From Eledone cirrhosa (Eukaryota): 64,000 bases of DNA. The stretch spans positions 123,380,001 to 123,444,000 of the forward strand of contig OZ024740.1 of assembly GCA_964016885.1 (NCBI GenBank), in the 5' to 3' direction. The translations under genes were made by a program, and so were the position numbers. The notes beneath the pieces are model-generated. The model had not been told where the DNA came from. It saw only the letters and a program-made list of their open reading frames with translations, and searched no databases. Numbering within the stretch: position 1 is the stretch's first letter; every line of letters starts with the position of its first letter. Positions 36,651 to 52,900 of this stretch are shown one piece after another.

Positions 36651-39600
36651 TTTGCCCTCTCTTATGTGTGTGGCTTTGTGGTTATATGTTTATTTGAAGA
36701 TATTAAAGAACAAGTGAATATAATAAAGGGAGGAGTGCGGAACAGCGTCTGTTTTATCATTTTTTACCCCATTAGTAAAATAAGTTGGATTACTTTGAAT
36801 AAATATTGAATGAATATTATGTAATTTATCTACTAAATTTCGTAGCTCTTGATTAAACATAAATATTCTTATATATAAAGTATTGCTTATTTTAAGATTC
36901 ACTTCTTTAAAATTTTCAAATATCAATACTTCCGGTTAACGTCTGTTATATTATAACAATTATTACATCGCTTATATAAACGTCCATATATTTGCATCGT
37001 TAAATAAGGTTTATATTTAGGTCACTAATTTTCTACTTTTTCGTTTTCATAACATTTTAGTTATTATATATATCGTCTTTTTTTTAATGTATCATGGATT
37101 ACTTTACTGATTACAGAAAAGAGTGTAACACAGACTTCGTTCAATTTCCGTGCATATTGTCAATTACGATTTCATTTGACGTATCATATCTACATGCATA
37201 TATATTTGCTCATAATATCAGTATGCACACTATACATGATAGCAGAAAACCACCCAAAGGGTGTTTTTTTCTGCAAGTATTTAATATACAACCTCAGTCA
37301 CACACTCATATATATGTGTGTGTGTGTGTCTATCTCTGTTTATGTCCCCTAAATTAACAGTGATAACAAACATAATTGATAAATACATACTGGGTGGATA
37401 TGCTGTAACATGGTTGCTGTCTAATGACTATAACAAATGGAAAGATATGGATTGATTGAAGGAAAAATTTAGAAACATTTTATTTGTGCATGGAAATTAT
37501 CGATTGAGAAATGTGTGAAAACTCTCATTGCTCCATATGCATGAAATCAAATACTTTTAATATTTATATGTAGTATTTAGCAGTATAATGTGGGTATTTG
37601 GTAGCATATGGTGGTACGCAATGCTATATAGGATGATATAGTGGTATATTTATATCATCAAGAGAATAAATGGATTATAAAATATTCTGAAAGACACAAG
37701 TCACATGATCTGTGTCAATACCGTAATATTTCTTTAGTCATTGACCATCTTGTAAAACCTAATTGAATAGCTATTTATATGTGAACCAATAACAAAGTCT
37801 CTACCTGACTGTTTGATCTGCTAGAAAGTCCAACGAAATCCTTGTTAAATCAAAAAAAAACAAAAACAAGCATTCTAGGATAATTTCCCTGCTAAAAAAG
37901 GTGTTTGTCTTATAGATGTTATTATGTTGTCCATTTTGAGACAAGGTTTGACAGCTTAATGCCCATTCAAGTACCAACACTTTTCATATCCTCTTATGAC
38001 AGACAGGAATATCATGTACCTATCTAAACAGGAGATACACACACATTGTATTAAGTTGGCAGTCAATAAAGTATAAGTCAACATGCTTTGTGGCATGTTT
38101 TATGAGCCTCTGCCTCCCCAACTTTGCCTTTCATTCTTTTGAGAAGATAACATTCTACCATAGAAAGTTGGTTTGCCAGAACACTGTTAGCAATGCCGTG
38201 AAGCATTTCCTCCAACTTTTTCTATTTTGAATTTAAATGTTGCTATCACCCTATTTTGATGGGAGACTTAATCCTTCACCCAGTTTAATAATACTATGGC
38301 CCTTGGTCGCCTTAAGGTGAGGCTACATTGTTGCAAGCGTTTGGACCAGGTCTCCAATCTCAGGATACTCTCCTCCATCTTGGAGGCTTTGAAAAGAATC
38401 ATTCCAATCTGATGAAACTCTAAATCCACCTCCTCCAAATAAACTTAAACACAAGGAGGGATCAATTAGGTAAAGTAGTTAAATGTACTCTTAAAAAACA
38501 GGATGATTATCTATGGCATAACTATGAACATAGCTCTGCTCAATCTAGGTCGATCTAGGAATAAACAATAGTAGTAACCATTTAAATCTATTTTTCCCTA
38601 AATCTGTCTGAATCTTTAATAAACTATTTGACAATTTGAAAATTTTCTGGTTTGTTATACCTTATAATGTTATGATATATTTTGTCAATTTTAAATATAC
38701 ATGAGGCCAGCGTAAACAAAATGAAGTTGCAACTAATAGAAGAATAGAGTAGAGTAACATATCTTGAATTATTTGATGTGATAAGAGTGAAGGCAGAACT
38801 GTATGAAATAAGTCCGAAGATGACATTGACAGATGCATGTCAATTCCAATTTATGAAAATGGTGGTTGAGAAGGAAACAAAATTTATTTCAGAATGAAAA
38901 TCAGGAGATGTTGAAATTCTATTCCACATTATAAACACCAGTTTGAGACAGGAACGAGCAGCAACTTCTTTGATGGGGCTTTAACTGCAAACCTATCACA
39001 TGGTTAGTAGTAAATATGTGAAAATGTTTGTTTGTTGTGTTTCAATCAAGAATTGTTGCATATATCTAATACGATTTACATTAATATTGTACTTGTTGAT
39101 TCATCATCATGTCTTCTTTTCCTTGCTCACATGAGTTGGATGAAACGTTTTAAGACAGTTTTTCTCTGGCTGGATGCCTTTGCTGAAGCCAACCCATACT
39201 TTCATTTATCCACTCATCTTTGTTGAACTGCTATGCTGCTTCAAACAATATTGGGCATTGTTGTTGTTCAGTTGTTGACAATATACAAGAAATATTTTCA
39301 CTATATGTAATATTTTGATTTGATAAAGGAAATTATAATACACTTAATAGTGCTTTTACAAGAAACCTTTTATATCTTTTCGTAAATAGAATAAAATGAA
39401 ATCTTCCTTAACGTAAATTTCAAACTTATCTTTTTACATTGTCTTCATCCACATTATCAGCTAACAAATCCATGCAGTAAAATCACCTATTCATGGAAGA
39501 TTTTATTGGACTCGTATTCCTTAACTTTACCGCATTGTATCACCATCAACAAGCATGTTAACACTTTGATGGTCATTGTTTTAACAAGTGTATATTGGCT

Positions 39601-41299
39601 TTGTGTTTTAATTATTGAAATAATTAATGATTATAAGAGATTTAGTAAAATAAGTAAGTTTCAACTTAATAACAAATGACATCTTTACCTACTGAAATAT
39701 ATTATCAGATATATAATTGAGATTTCAGTCAAAAGTTTACATTTAAATTTGAACACTTTTAACAGAGGTGATGTGATATTTAATGAGTTAAAGAGTTTTA
39801 GACTTGGTGATTACAAGGAAATCCAAGCAATAATAATTTGTCACAAACCTCATTAATACTGAATATTCCAGTTGACCTAATTTTATTCTGATATTTGATG
39901 TTGTGGCCCCTTAAATTATATTATATGAAGAGAAATTGCCCTATTAATTATCTTTAGGGAACATTACATTAATGTTGCTCATTATCATATAGGTATACAT
40001 ACACAAATTCAAGTATATAACTTCACATACTCACACACACAATGTAGTTACATAAGTACAGTTACACAATGTACAGTTACATAATCATAGTTACATGAAT
40101 GCTTACATACATTTATATACATATGCACACATATATTGCAAAGCATAATGTGTTACTCATGTTCTTTTAGATGCACTTAAGCTCTCACACATTTGCTCAG
40201 GAACATACACAACCTCAAACAAGTGCAGATACTGCTATTAAAATATGTATACATACTCATTCAAGAAAATAAGCACACATTCACATTCATGTACTCTGGT
40301 GCATATATACAAATGCAAAACATGTATGTATATATGTGCATACTTATGATTTTTCCTTCATGTAGAAAACATACAGAGAATGGTAGCATAGATTCACACA
40401 TATTTTAAACCCACCACCACACACACAAACACAATTTGTATAGCTCCACTTTCTAGAATTACACACACATAGTACATCATATTAGTATGTGTATTCAGTT
40501 ATTCATGACAGATTCTTCTTAAGTATATGAATGAAAATCAACCTACTAGAAATAGCAGGCAAATCTCCCTTGTAACAAAGAAGGAAGATAACATTGGATA
40601 TGATTCAACATTGTAGAATGGAGAGGAAGGAAATCCTGATGAGTTGCAAATACAAAATCTAGTTGGTTTGGTAGTCATTCCAAGTTGTCAAATGAATAAT
40701 TGTTTATTTGTAGGCCCTCATTTCACAGTGAGAATAACTATATCTCTAAATATTTTTACTGAATATGTCATGTATATTTAGAGTCCTGGTTAAATTGCTT
40801 GATTAGTTAATAATGACTGGGATACGCTTATGACAGATCTGCCTATTCACAACTCCAGAATAAAAGAAGGAAATCAACCAATACATGGTGGGTTGTTAAT
40901 GCATTACAGTTCTGTACATTCAGAATTCAAATTCTGTCTCCTGTCACTCACCAGAATTGTGACATGGTAGTATTGGGGAGGTTACCATTAGGCACTTATA
41001 AAATCACCTATAAAACACTTGTAAAATTGCCTCATAAAATGCTGACTAAACCTATGCAAGTGTGAGCCATAACAAGACAAATGCAGGCTCTATGAGAGAA
41101 GGGTCCAGCTGGTACTTTCTTCGGGGACCCAAGAGCTAAGAAGGCCTCACAGCAACAATGCAACATCCATTTTGAGCAAATTCTTTGCCTGCTTCAGGCC
41201 CCAAATTGGTCTTGAACTGCCTTGAACAATTTCTCTTGGAGGCCTTGGACATATGGCAATAAATAAAACTAAAAGGATGATTGAATATATTATATATTC

Positions 41300-42041
41300 G
41301 CAGACTGGAGAGGAACGAAGCGTGCATGCTCCGTTAGATGTGTAATAGTAATATACGTGAACGGCAAAGCATAAATGAAGTAAGTGAGAAATTAGGAATA
41401 AGAGGGATCAGATGCTGTTTACTCGAGAGAAGACTACGTTGGTGTGGTCACGTGATGCACATGAAAGATGACAGCTGTATAAAAAAGTGCAGGGCGATCA
41501 AAATAGATGGTAGCCAAGGAGTAGGCAGACCCAGAAAAACCTGGGACGACTTGATAAAATCCGACCTCACACACTTATACCTCTCCAAGACAATGTCACT
41601 GGACCGAGATCTTTGGCACTACGTAGTAATACAGAAGACCCGCCTTGCCTAAGTACAAAGCAAAACCTACAGTCAGTAGGCACCTCTTAACCAAAATACA
41701 CTCCCGTCCCACTACCCCTACCCCCACCGCCATCTACACCAACCCTTTTGATGTAAAGCTATGTTCGTACCACAACATTCAGTCCTAAATAAATGAGGTC
41801 GTGTAGGTGTCACTACAAAAAAATACACAGTCCACGCTGTAATGTGTCCATGTAGGTAACAGGATAAAAACTTCCAAGTCCACACTGTAAACATGGTTGG
41901 TGTTAAGAAGGGCATCCAGCCGTAGAAAACCCGCCAGACAGTCCTGAGCAAGACAACCAATCTTGCCTCAAGTGGGACAATTCCCGTCCAGACCCATGCT
42001 AGCATGGAAGATGGACGTTAAACGATGATGATGATGATGAT
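41300..42041 (+). mobile_element. RTE LINE 3' end with long 3' UTR
   Basis: ERRLRWCGHVMHM..GRPRKTW; ~43-bp UTR repeats; TGGTTGGTGTTAAGAAGGGCATCCAGCCGTAGAAA; (GAT)n tail. Confidence 0.92.
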
Positions 42042-45000
42042 TCTTTGTACATAAATTAAACATTTCATAATAATCATTTATCTATATAATTGATTAATTT
42101 CCTGTATCATTTTGCTCATCTAGACAGACATATACACTATAAACCAAGATTTAATTCTCACTATATCACTTGATGATTAATGTTGTGTAGTTAAGTTTAC
42201 TTCATAACCATTCTGTACTTTATTTGATCTCATTAAGGGCTTTGGAATAAAAATGCTTCAACATTTGTTCCGGCTCACTGCACTCTACATTCCAATCCAA
42301 CCAAGATCACCTTTGCCTTTCATCCTCTAGATGTCAAAAGATACCAGTTGAGTAGTGGTGTTTTATCTTCCTCTAGCTCTCTCACTCAATCTGGATGAAA
42401 TCGATTACATTCTAGAATGAAGTGAAATGAGCTCTGGCAGGGTTAAAATGCCCAAGACATGCACTGAATCTGAATGGTGACCTTATAAATCCAAATTTTC
42501 ATACTCTCTCTCTTTCTCTCCTTCTCGTTCTCTCTCTCTATCTCTCTCATAATCTTATCGTCTTTGTCTCTTGCTCTCTGCCACTCCCTCTCTCTTTTTG
42601 ATTTCCTCTTTCTATCTACAACTAGCACTCAGCTCATGCCCATATCTCTCTGGTTTACTTTCTCTCCCTCTGGTTGGCTCACTCTTGTTAGCTCACTCCC
42701 TCCCTTTTTTATCCTACTTTATTTTCCCTTCTCTTGTTCTTTCTTTTCCTATTGCTGCTCCATCAAGCCTCCTCTTTCTCTGGTTCATTTTATCATGACT
42801 CTTTTATTCTTTCTTTATCTCTCTCTACGGCTTTCTATTTTCTTCTTTTCCACTCTCAAGGTTCCTCTTTTTTCTACTTCTTTGTTTATCTGTGTGTGTG
42901 TGTCTTTGTTATCGTCTGAGGTGTGCATATATACACCTGTAGAAACCTGTGTGTATGTACATAAAAACTGTCTGTACTACATGTGTACACATACATATAC
43001 ACACTCTCACATGGATGACATTGTAATAAAATCAGTCTTATCTAGTCAATCAAAACCTGTTTTCCATCTTAATAATAGAATAACCTTATTATATAACAAA
43101 TAAACAAAAACAAGGAATATCTAAATCATCCAATTGTTCCCAATCTCTAGCCTATTTCTCTTTGAAATTACATTTGAGAGAATATGGATTGAAATATTCA
43201 TAGAATGTGTAATTCCCATTTTCCTGAAGTCAATAACATGATGACATTGCATAAATCTTTCAAGGCTCATCTAAATGTTAATTGAATGTATTTGAACAAT
43301 ATTTGGAAATAATGTTTCCACGTGTCGTTTAAGTTAAATATGCTTTATTTAAATAAAGCCTTTTTATTGTCAATTTCTAAGTTTTTTTCAGACTCTTTGC
43401 AAGTTTGTTCTATTCAAATTAGGTGGGAGTGTCTTTTGCTATATTAAAAACATTTTTTAGCTGATTTAAAAAAAAATGTATATATAATAATAATGTCTTC
43501 TAATAATTTGGAGAATGTGTGAATAAGAAAAACATATTTAATATTTACTAAGGTAAATATTGAACTCAAAATTGTTCTTGTTTAATGGTTTTCTGACTAT
43601 ATTTCAGGATTTTTTGCATACGATTTTATAATAATTTTGTTGCATCACATATTTTATTTATTCATACTGATAAATGTTAATAAGGTGTGCAAACGTTGTA
43701 GTTTTCAGAGATATCCTTTAAATAGTTGTTTGGTGAAGATTTTGGAAGATTCTCATTGATGCTTTTCCTAGCTGCACTGTAACCATGCAAATATTAAATG
43801 GAAACTAATTACAGATGCCTGTTACTTGTATTAATAACAGAAATTATTTAAATGGCATTTATGGAATTCTTCTTAGTGAAGCAATAAATTTATGACACCT
43901 TGTTTAAAGGCAATTATTGATAATAGAATTTTAAGGGTTTCACAATTATCTTAATAGATAATAACTCCAATTAGATATTTATTTGGTCGATGAAAACCTT
44001 CTAAACTATGCCATGGAGGAATGAAGGTTAAATGATGGTGTTATTGAGGATGTCAGAATATTTAAGAAGATACAGTGTTTTTGAATACTCTTAGCAAAGC
44101 AGGGGTTTGTTTGCAAACAGCTCTCGAGGGCATTTGTCACTCTATTCTAATCACACAATTATCTTGTTATTTTCATTTGTTTTTCTATTATTAAGTAAGC
44201 TAGTATAGATTTCACATAGTTTAGTGTATCTTAGAAACATAGGTGAAAGTAAAGGGTGTTGCTGAAATAAGAGGAATGGAATTTTCCATTTTATCTGAAG
44301 TAAGTTGTCCTAATTCTCACTAAGAAGAATTAATATTTTGATGTTGATTTATAGGAAAGTAATAGCTTACTTTTGTTTGTTTGTCTGAGGCATAGTAAAA
44401 GTGAAAATGTAGAGAACTCATTGGGGATAGCTCATTGTTTTATCACTGGAAGGTTTGTTTTAATGTATATATATATATATATATATATAAATTATACTTT
44501 CAAATACCTAGAACATAAATCAGTATATTTTTCAAAAATAATGTTGATTTATTTATTGATAGAAGTGGAAAAAATTGCTGTGTATGATGAAACTAATTTG
44601 TTGGATATTAGGTCCTTAAGAACAAATTTCTTACTTTAATGCTTACTATAAAGTTAGAACACTTAAATCTTAATGCAAAACTAATTTTGATTTATATTGC
44701 CAGTCTGTTGAAATATTTCCATTGCAGTTATTTTTATATCCATTATTGTGTTGGCTATTTGCCAATTTAAATCTATTTATAATATAAATATTCTGCAAAT
44801 CTATTCCATTAAATATTTTACCTTCCTATAAATTACCATCTTCAAAAATTGTTGTCTAACCAAAATGAGGTTTGGAATCAAATAAAAAATATAGAAAACA
44901 AAAGAAAACAAGAAATTAATTTCTTGTTTGTGGCCCAGATTAATCGTATTATGCCTTTTTTGCATTCAATTAATAATGGCTATCGAAGATTTAGAAGCTA

Positions 45001-48000
45001 TAGGTGCTAAAACCTCATTTTGATGGCAACACCTAAATAACATTTCCAGTAAGATCTATAGAATATTGTAGTCAATAAAACAAAGAAATATTGTTATATT
45101 TTATTAAACATAGTTACCTAGTTACATATAAGAAAATATCTGAATTTATCATTTCAAGGCAAAATGTTATGGTCAGGTGTCATATAAATCATTGTGACAG
45201 AATTTTCATCTTTTGGCCATGCCTTGTCATATTGCTACATTGAATGTAGGTTGCTGTCAGATTTAGTAACTGATATATAACAAAATGTCAATCCATTCAA
45301 AATCTTTACCAATCACTTTGAGTCTATTGCTAAGTTTTAGCTTTATACATTTATAATAAGTTAGATAGACATAAATATCATGTGATTAGCTAAATGATTG
45401 AATTTCTTATGGAGACCTTTCTGTTTTGCTTATTCATTGTAGCATTATCTCCTAAACGACTAACTCTAAGTTTCGAAAGCAAAGCGAGGTTGTATATAGT
45501 TTTCTTTACACAATTCATTACAGCTCACTTTTTCCATTACCTCTAATAAGAATCCAGTTGGTCTAATCTAACAATCAGCTCTTTTATTTTCTTATAAGGG
45601 CTGGCCTTATTAACATTAGCTATTTTTCTGTTTCACAATGCAAGTCTTTTAGCTGTACTGCCTTGCCACAAAAAGACAATAGCTTAATTATTCTCTTGCG
45701 TCTTGGTATTTATTACAATTTGCCTATCCAAGTTCCTTATGAGGATGAAGTTAATTTGGCTTGTATGCCAAATTGTAGGTAATCATGTGGCTGGCTGGAC
45801 AGTTTCCAGAGGTTTATATTTTAGAACTCTACAAGCATGTTGAAAATCATTAGAAATATGCTATCAAACGGGTTAATGTTTCTGTCAATTTTAAATAAAA
45901 TTTATCATTTCAAATCGCTAATGTGAAATAACGTTGCATTTACTAATATATAGTACACTTGTTTATTACATTGATTTAGGAAGGAAGGGGTGGCAGCATC
46001 CAACATTCACTACACCTATGTGTGTATCTGTATAGCAAATTGGCTACACACACTGGCTGTTATGATTATGTATGTGTGTGTAAATGTGTGTTTGTGTAAA
46101 TTATATTTATATATAGTATTTGTGTGAGTTTATTTAGAAATATACATAAACAATAGAATTACAAACACACATGAATCTACACATACATATATATAAACAG
46201 ACTCACTTGTAAAAACATAATTATAACATGCACACACATATATGATGACTGAGAAGGAGGGGTTAGAAAGTATTATAGAAGTCCAGCGTTCTAAGATTTG
46301 CCACAGCTGTATGCTTGTGTGTTTGTATCCCTTGTGTGAGTGAGCGTGAAGGAACTAACCAACAAACAAACACATCTCTTTTCATTATATTATCTATAGA
46401 TATGACAATAAGCCATCATTTTTTATGGCACGGGGCCAGCTAGTTTATTAATAAAAGCTTAGCTTCAATTTCAGTCATAAAGTGTTATGTTATACCTAAT
46501 TTTAATATGTATCAAACATTCAACATGTAAGTTTTGTATTTATCATTTTATTTTAGTGTTCATTCTTTAAAAATAAATTATTATGAAACAGATTTCGTCA
46601 GTATTGGATAAATTCATTGAAAATATATTCATTGAAACATATTTATAGAAAAGCAAATAGGTTAGGAAACAACTTGAACAAAAACATTCTCAACATCAAA
46701 TTTATCAAAAGAAATATTCAAGAAATAGAGAAAATTGTAATCATTGAAAAAAAGAACCCACCACATTCATAGCATTTATTGAAACTAGATGGATGTTTAT
46801 TATATGTTAACATATTTTAGATAAACATTTATTGATAAACTTTGATCTTATTCATGAGCAAGAGAGCAAAGTTATAACTGCATCCATGAACTTGATCAAA
46901 TGCACAAATTCATGTTTAATGAGTTGCCATTTGATTACACATCAATTTGATGTAAAGTGTTCAATATCATCATATGCACAATTATAATTTCTAATTGTTT
47001 TTACTTATGTCTTTAAAAAAATGTTAATATTTCAAATAGTATATTTTGATCAATTTGTCCTTCAAGTAATGTTTTTAGACAGTTATCTTTTCATAATGGT
47101 CTCATTACAAACACTTTTTGTCTAACTTATCTTTCTGCCAATAAACTTCCAACCAATGTGTATTACAACCGATATACTAATATGTCTTTAATGAATATCC
47201 CTGGAGTCTATTTATTCAGATAGGGCATCCAAGATTGTTGGGACTTCCTTGTGAATTTAAATGTGATAGATTCCCCCACATACACACACATGGATATATA
47301 CACATCTCTTAATGTTATAGTTAGACTTCAAGAGCTGTATCTGTTACCTTCATAGGCCATATGACATTGGTGATATGTGAGCTGTGGATGTATCTCTTAA
47401 ACTGCTACACACAAAATTTAGGTAGGATGAGAATTTCAGATGGGTATAGTTCTGGATTTGGGAGAACTGAGTGTAGTGATTAGTGTAAGGCCCAGACATG
47501 CAGATGGTCAAAATATAGGTGACTAGAAAATGAAAAAAAATCAGTTTGAGAGGCCAAAACCACTGTAGCAGTACTAGAAAAAAAAGTGAGGAGACACCCC
47601 AGATATGGGCCAGAGCTAAGAATATGATGGCAACTACATGTCAATTAGTTGAGCAGCTTTTAGTTATTTATTGTTTATTTTTTTATGCAATGTATGTGAA
47701 GTGGCCTCATTCTATAAGTGGGAGCTTTATATCATTGCAACTCTTACTTGAGCTTGGAATAGGATTAGTAATTATTGGCAGCTGCAATATTTTCCAACCC
47801 TAAAAGGGAAGCGCAATCATAATCGTGTACTGTTTGCTTTGTTGTGAATAGTTCGAGAAATGGAAGAATAATCTCTTTGTTTCTATCTCCTTCGATTTTA
47901 TTGCTAACAAACCCACCCCATATACATACTCAACAGATTTACAGGATTCCTTTCATGGTTAAATATTCATCATTAGCTTTTATTGAGTTGACATTTCACA

Positions 48001-48980
48001 GGTGTGTTGATTTCCAACTGAAAATTTAAATCCAATTTACACTCAAATATTCAATTGTATACGTTTTTAGATTCACTTTATTCTTATAGTGTTTCATAAT
48101 AAAAATACTGGCAATTTGCCTACAAGTATAGTAGGCAAGTTGGCGAATGTTTGAGATTAGCTTAATCTACATTGTTAGTATAAATAAATAAATAAATGAA
48201 TCATAATCTGTTCAATTTGTTGTTTTAAACTATTGACTTCTACTATATTGAAAATTAAAGCAAGAGACACTAGTATACTCTAGCATTTAAATTCAGTAAT
48301 GTTTTAATATATTGGAAAATTTCAACAAAGGAAAACGATTTTTATTGAAATCACTGGGTTGTTATATTTTCTCTCCCTTCAATATTCCAAGATATCAGAT
48401 ATTAAAGAAATAATCAATTTGTTTTCTGAAACACAGTGAAAACATACTTCATGCTAGACAAGTTTGAGAAACAGTTGTTGAATAAATCAGGCACCATATG
48501 ATAAATTATTCAGAAATGTTGATTTCTGATTGATTTTAAGAAACAAAATACAAAAGCAAAAGTCACCATAAAAATGCACAGGTGGTTAGTTGATAAATCT
48601 GTTAAATTTGTTGTGTTGTTGATTCTTTTGAGAAATGAATTATTGGGTTATATTTAGAATAAAATATGTTATTGACCTGTAAATAACAGATAAATGAAAA
48701 TAATAATAATAGAAACACTTTTTTTAATTAGCTTCTTAATGGATACTTTTCACTGCCAAAATGCATAACCATAATTGAATGCATTCAGACACTGTCATGA
48801 TTTATGACTGGATTGCATAAACTAAAAATAGTAATCTGACAGAAAATCTCCCAGAGATGCTTGTCTGGCTGAAGCATTCATTGTTAAGTGCAGGCTAATA
48901 TACAAAATGTATTTAGCTAATATTAATATTTAATCATAAAAATAAACTTGTTTAGGTTGTGTACTTTCCGTTAATATCAA

Positions 48981-49589
48981 CCCTCTCAGACCTGAGTTTC
49001 CGTGTCTAACTTTAACCACCACCTGGGGTCCTGAGCAAAAGATTACTCTTGGACTGAATCAACATATGGTGCAGTAAATGGGTCTACTCACCATTCATCT
49101 AAATTCACATACACTCCACCACCTCTATCTTTATCAGCTATGTGAGGGTCACACCAAATGTATTCAGCTGAATCGCGACTTTCTTTACGACATTGAAAAG
49201 TTTCATTGTCTGAATCACACTCGCTGTCTTTGTAAGAGTAAACTTATCAACATTCTTGCTCATCTTCATCCATAGAATAAATATAAATAATTTTGTTGAT
49301 TGTAAAGAGTTTAAGTTTTGTTCATTTACCAAAACAATTGCTGGGTTCATCACACACTCGTTTCATTGCAAACCTAAATTGATTAAAGCCAAAAGTAAAC
49401 AATAGCTACAAGGGACGCCATTAACAATGAGTTATAAACACACGTAACTACAAAGCTGTGACATGACCTGTTGTCTATGTTTAGTATTTTAACTTTTTCT
49501 ACGTGTTTTGGCATTAACATTTCAATGGAAAACCACTAGAGATTAAGTTTAGGCTAATACCACCCCAGTAGGAACATGATGCAACAGGG
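48981..49589 (-). mobile_element. Candidate decayed piggyBac-like element
   Basis: TCAA-CCCT...AGGG-TTAA ends; broken acidic frame MDEDEQE..DSECDSDNE on minus; inverted match is only 4 bp. Confidence 0.3.
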
Positions 49590-49989
49590 TTAACATCAAG
49601 TATAGTGCTTTTTACATTTAAGTAGTTTCTACCTGAAATCCAAATTAAACAGAGATGACAGAAAATCTCACTCAAATCACATATCTAAAAGGAAATGCAT
49701 CAAATAATATAGGCTTAGATGTTGTTTGCTTAACAAAAAACAGGTTGGTTGTTTGATCTTAAATCTGTTGGATCTGAGGTGATCTAGGTCTAACCAAGAG
49801 CAAAAACTGTTGTATTTCTTTCTACAAACACTGTTCTAGATTATATATTCTCTATAATCTTGAATTGCTCTTGAATAAAAAAAAATTCTCAAAGTAAACT
49901 GAGCAAAGAATAAAGTATTATTAAGCAGAAAAGAAGACAAAACGCTACAAAGCACCATACAGTGTATCCATTGTAAATCGTATGTACTA

Positions 49990-52900
49990 ATCAGCGATCA
50001 AGTAAACGTAGATGAGATGCAATTTGGTTTTGAGTAGGCTGGAGATATGACTGATGCAAACTTCCTTGTTTAATAATTGCAGGAGAAGTATGTAGCTAAG
50101 AGTAAGCCCCTTTACCCTGCATTCAGTGATATAGAAAAGGATTTTGACAGAAAGCCTTGCTCCATAACCTGGTTGGATCATTGGAAACTGAAGTTAAATA
50201 AGTGGCTTGTGAAGGCTATACAAGCTATTTACAAAGAAAGCAGTCAGAAAAGTGAGTTTGCAATAAAATGACCACCATGGCTCTGTTCATATCCCCCTTT
50301 TGTTATAGTCCTCAAGGACACGACGGGGAAGTTTAAGACTGGCATAATGCATGCATGATGGCCTAGTTAAATTCCCTGTGGAATTAGAGAAATTTCAGGC
50401 CTGGAAGCAAAGTCTGAAATCAAAAGGTCTCAGATATTCCTAGCCAAAAATAAAATCATATTAAGTTAAAAATTTGGCAGAACTCTGATACCACCAGAGA
50501 AATGACCATGCTCAATATTCAAAAAAGAAGCTGGTTGAAATTGTATATAGTTCTTCCTATATTCTGTAAAGGAAGACCTGAGAAAACTTAGTGATGAAGT
50601 GATAAAAGTTGACCTTGTCCAATTAAACCACACAAAGGAGATGGCACAGGATCGAGACCTCGTGTCATTCTGTACTGTAGAATAATCATCCACCACCACG
50701 TACACAAAGTGAAATGAAACTGCTGATTCAATAATCTGTATCGACTTCCGTCTAGAAGGGGGGGGGGGGTAAACTGTACCTTGTGGGTCCTTGGCTTCAT
50801 CGTTAACGATTTTCGGCTAAAAATCTGCTCGGAGGTGATGTAGTGACCTACATTCCGCGGGCTCACATACATTCTCTGTGCGTGATTTGGCTCAGCTCAG
50901 CCAATCAGCGCCAGGAGAAGAGGATGTATCCCTACTCGTTCTGAGAGAGAAATAGCCCGCGTAGATTTGAGAAATCAAAGACTCGCAGCTTGACCATACT
51001 AAGGTAAACACCACTTGTTCTTTTGCTCCGTAAGCACACAAAATATGTAACAACAAAACATTCCTACGGGCCTGGCCAAACGCCTCAGCCAGTCGACCGT
51101 ATTTTCTCTTGTAATCTTAATTGAATTATTTCATTTCTCTTGGCAGGCCAGCTTAATTCAGTTCTTAACCTTTGTTAATAAATTATGTAAAAACAAGCTA
51201 AAGTCGTTGTCGATATTCCTATCATATCTTTCTACCAAACCTGGTTCCTCGTGGCAACATTACAACTCTCTGAATATAACTCCCTGTTAAATTGGTGACC
51301 CTCGACGATTAAGTATGAAAACGCAGCCTATTTGAATTCGCCATTCGTTTTAATGGCTATGTGGAGTGGCTTAACATTTGGAATTTTCGAATCGTGTAGC
51401 TAGACTCACTTAGCGTAAGTCCATACAATTCATAATATTCCATTTGTTGAAGCACGCGGCCTGCACAATATTTCTGTCATAACTTTCATGGTAACACTAG
51501 TAACTCACGCATACAGACGAACACAAAAATACAACAAAAAAAAAATTAATTAAAAAAAAAGTATTTCTCTGGATGTGGAATATTGCTTTCGGCGTTCTGT
51601 TGAAATTACAAATGGAGACTCAGAAATTTTGTTTTCCCGCGTACAGCTTGCCTTCTCCAATCCCAGCTGTCTGATTGGCTGCATCGTACCACATGACGGC
51701 TTCTTCATCACAGACGCATTTTTAAATCGGCCATCTTGGATTTTTGTGCCGAATAATTTTCATGGAAAACAATTTTTTTTTATTATTCAAATTTTCTTTA
51801 GAATATTTTAGAAATAAAAGAAAAAATTAGCAGTATTTCAAAAACTTTTCGCCACGAGGAAATTTCAAAACGGCTATCACCAAGTACCAGACATCAGCAG
51901 CAACACATGGCTAACTATTAACCAACACCAGGGAACGGCTTGTAACTTGACCGACGCAACCACCATACCTTCTGTCTCGTTACCACAAGGACTCGAGAAA
52001 TTAAGACATTAGCTTTCTCACCATTATGGCGTCAGACGTGGCTGCCATGTTGGTGAGGCTAGGTTCTTCAACGCTCGACTTCTACTCTACAGAAGATTCA
52101 TTGTGACTTTGCTTTAACATCAACAACAACTCTACTAGCTCCCTAGTAAGAGAGTTCCCAAAGAAAATAGAAGCGAACTTTTTGTTAAAAGAAAAGAAAC
52201 AATTCTTTCTTTCTTCCTTTTTTTTCAGGCATTTATTTTGGACATTTATTTATTTTTTTTAAACTGTATTATATGAAAATTCATTTCTCTCTATCATTGT
52301 ATATGTGACCGCAGGCACACATTTTCTTTGCTGTATTACATGCCTGCATATATACACACACCAACATGTTGTTGTGTATGGTATGCGATCTTCAAGAGTC
52401 GTAATATTCTGCGAGGTCTCTTTTCACCTTCTAGAGTTACCAAAACATGCTATTGACACTTGCAGCTTAATTCACCTGCATCGCAACACGAGAATGCTAA
52501 TTGCAGCTGAACTCAAACAGTTTCGCATCTCGTTGCACATTCATCGTCCATAACAACCTCTATCGTGTTATCTTACCCAACTCACCGGGAGAACAACAAA
52601 TAGAACTGGACTTGTCAGCATTTCCACCACTTCTGTGGATTCGCCCGAATTGTGGGACTGCAACCCACCTACAGATTCAGCTTGCTTTTTTTCTTATCAA
52701 AGCAACCAGCCATTTTTTCCTGGCTCCCTAGCACATTCAGCAATACATCTGGGAGGCCAACATTTTCTCGCCTACCCATCTTCTTGCCAGCACTGGTAAA
52801 CTATCATAATAGCTTCGTCCACAGCTACTGGTACAACTCTTACCATTAACATTTAATGCAAGAACAGCAACTTCGCCCATGTCAGACTTTATCTGTTTTC

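Noticed and set aside
38700-38940. Purine-rich stretch that might be an exon or transposase relic
   Set aside because: In-frame stops and no motif I can name with confidence.
42443-43103. Hydrophobic ORFs up to 179 aa
   Set aside because: CT-rich low-complexity sequence.
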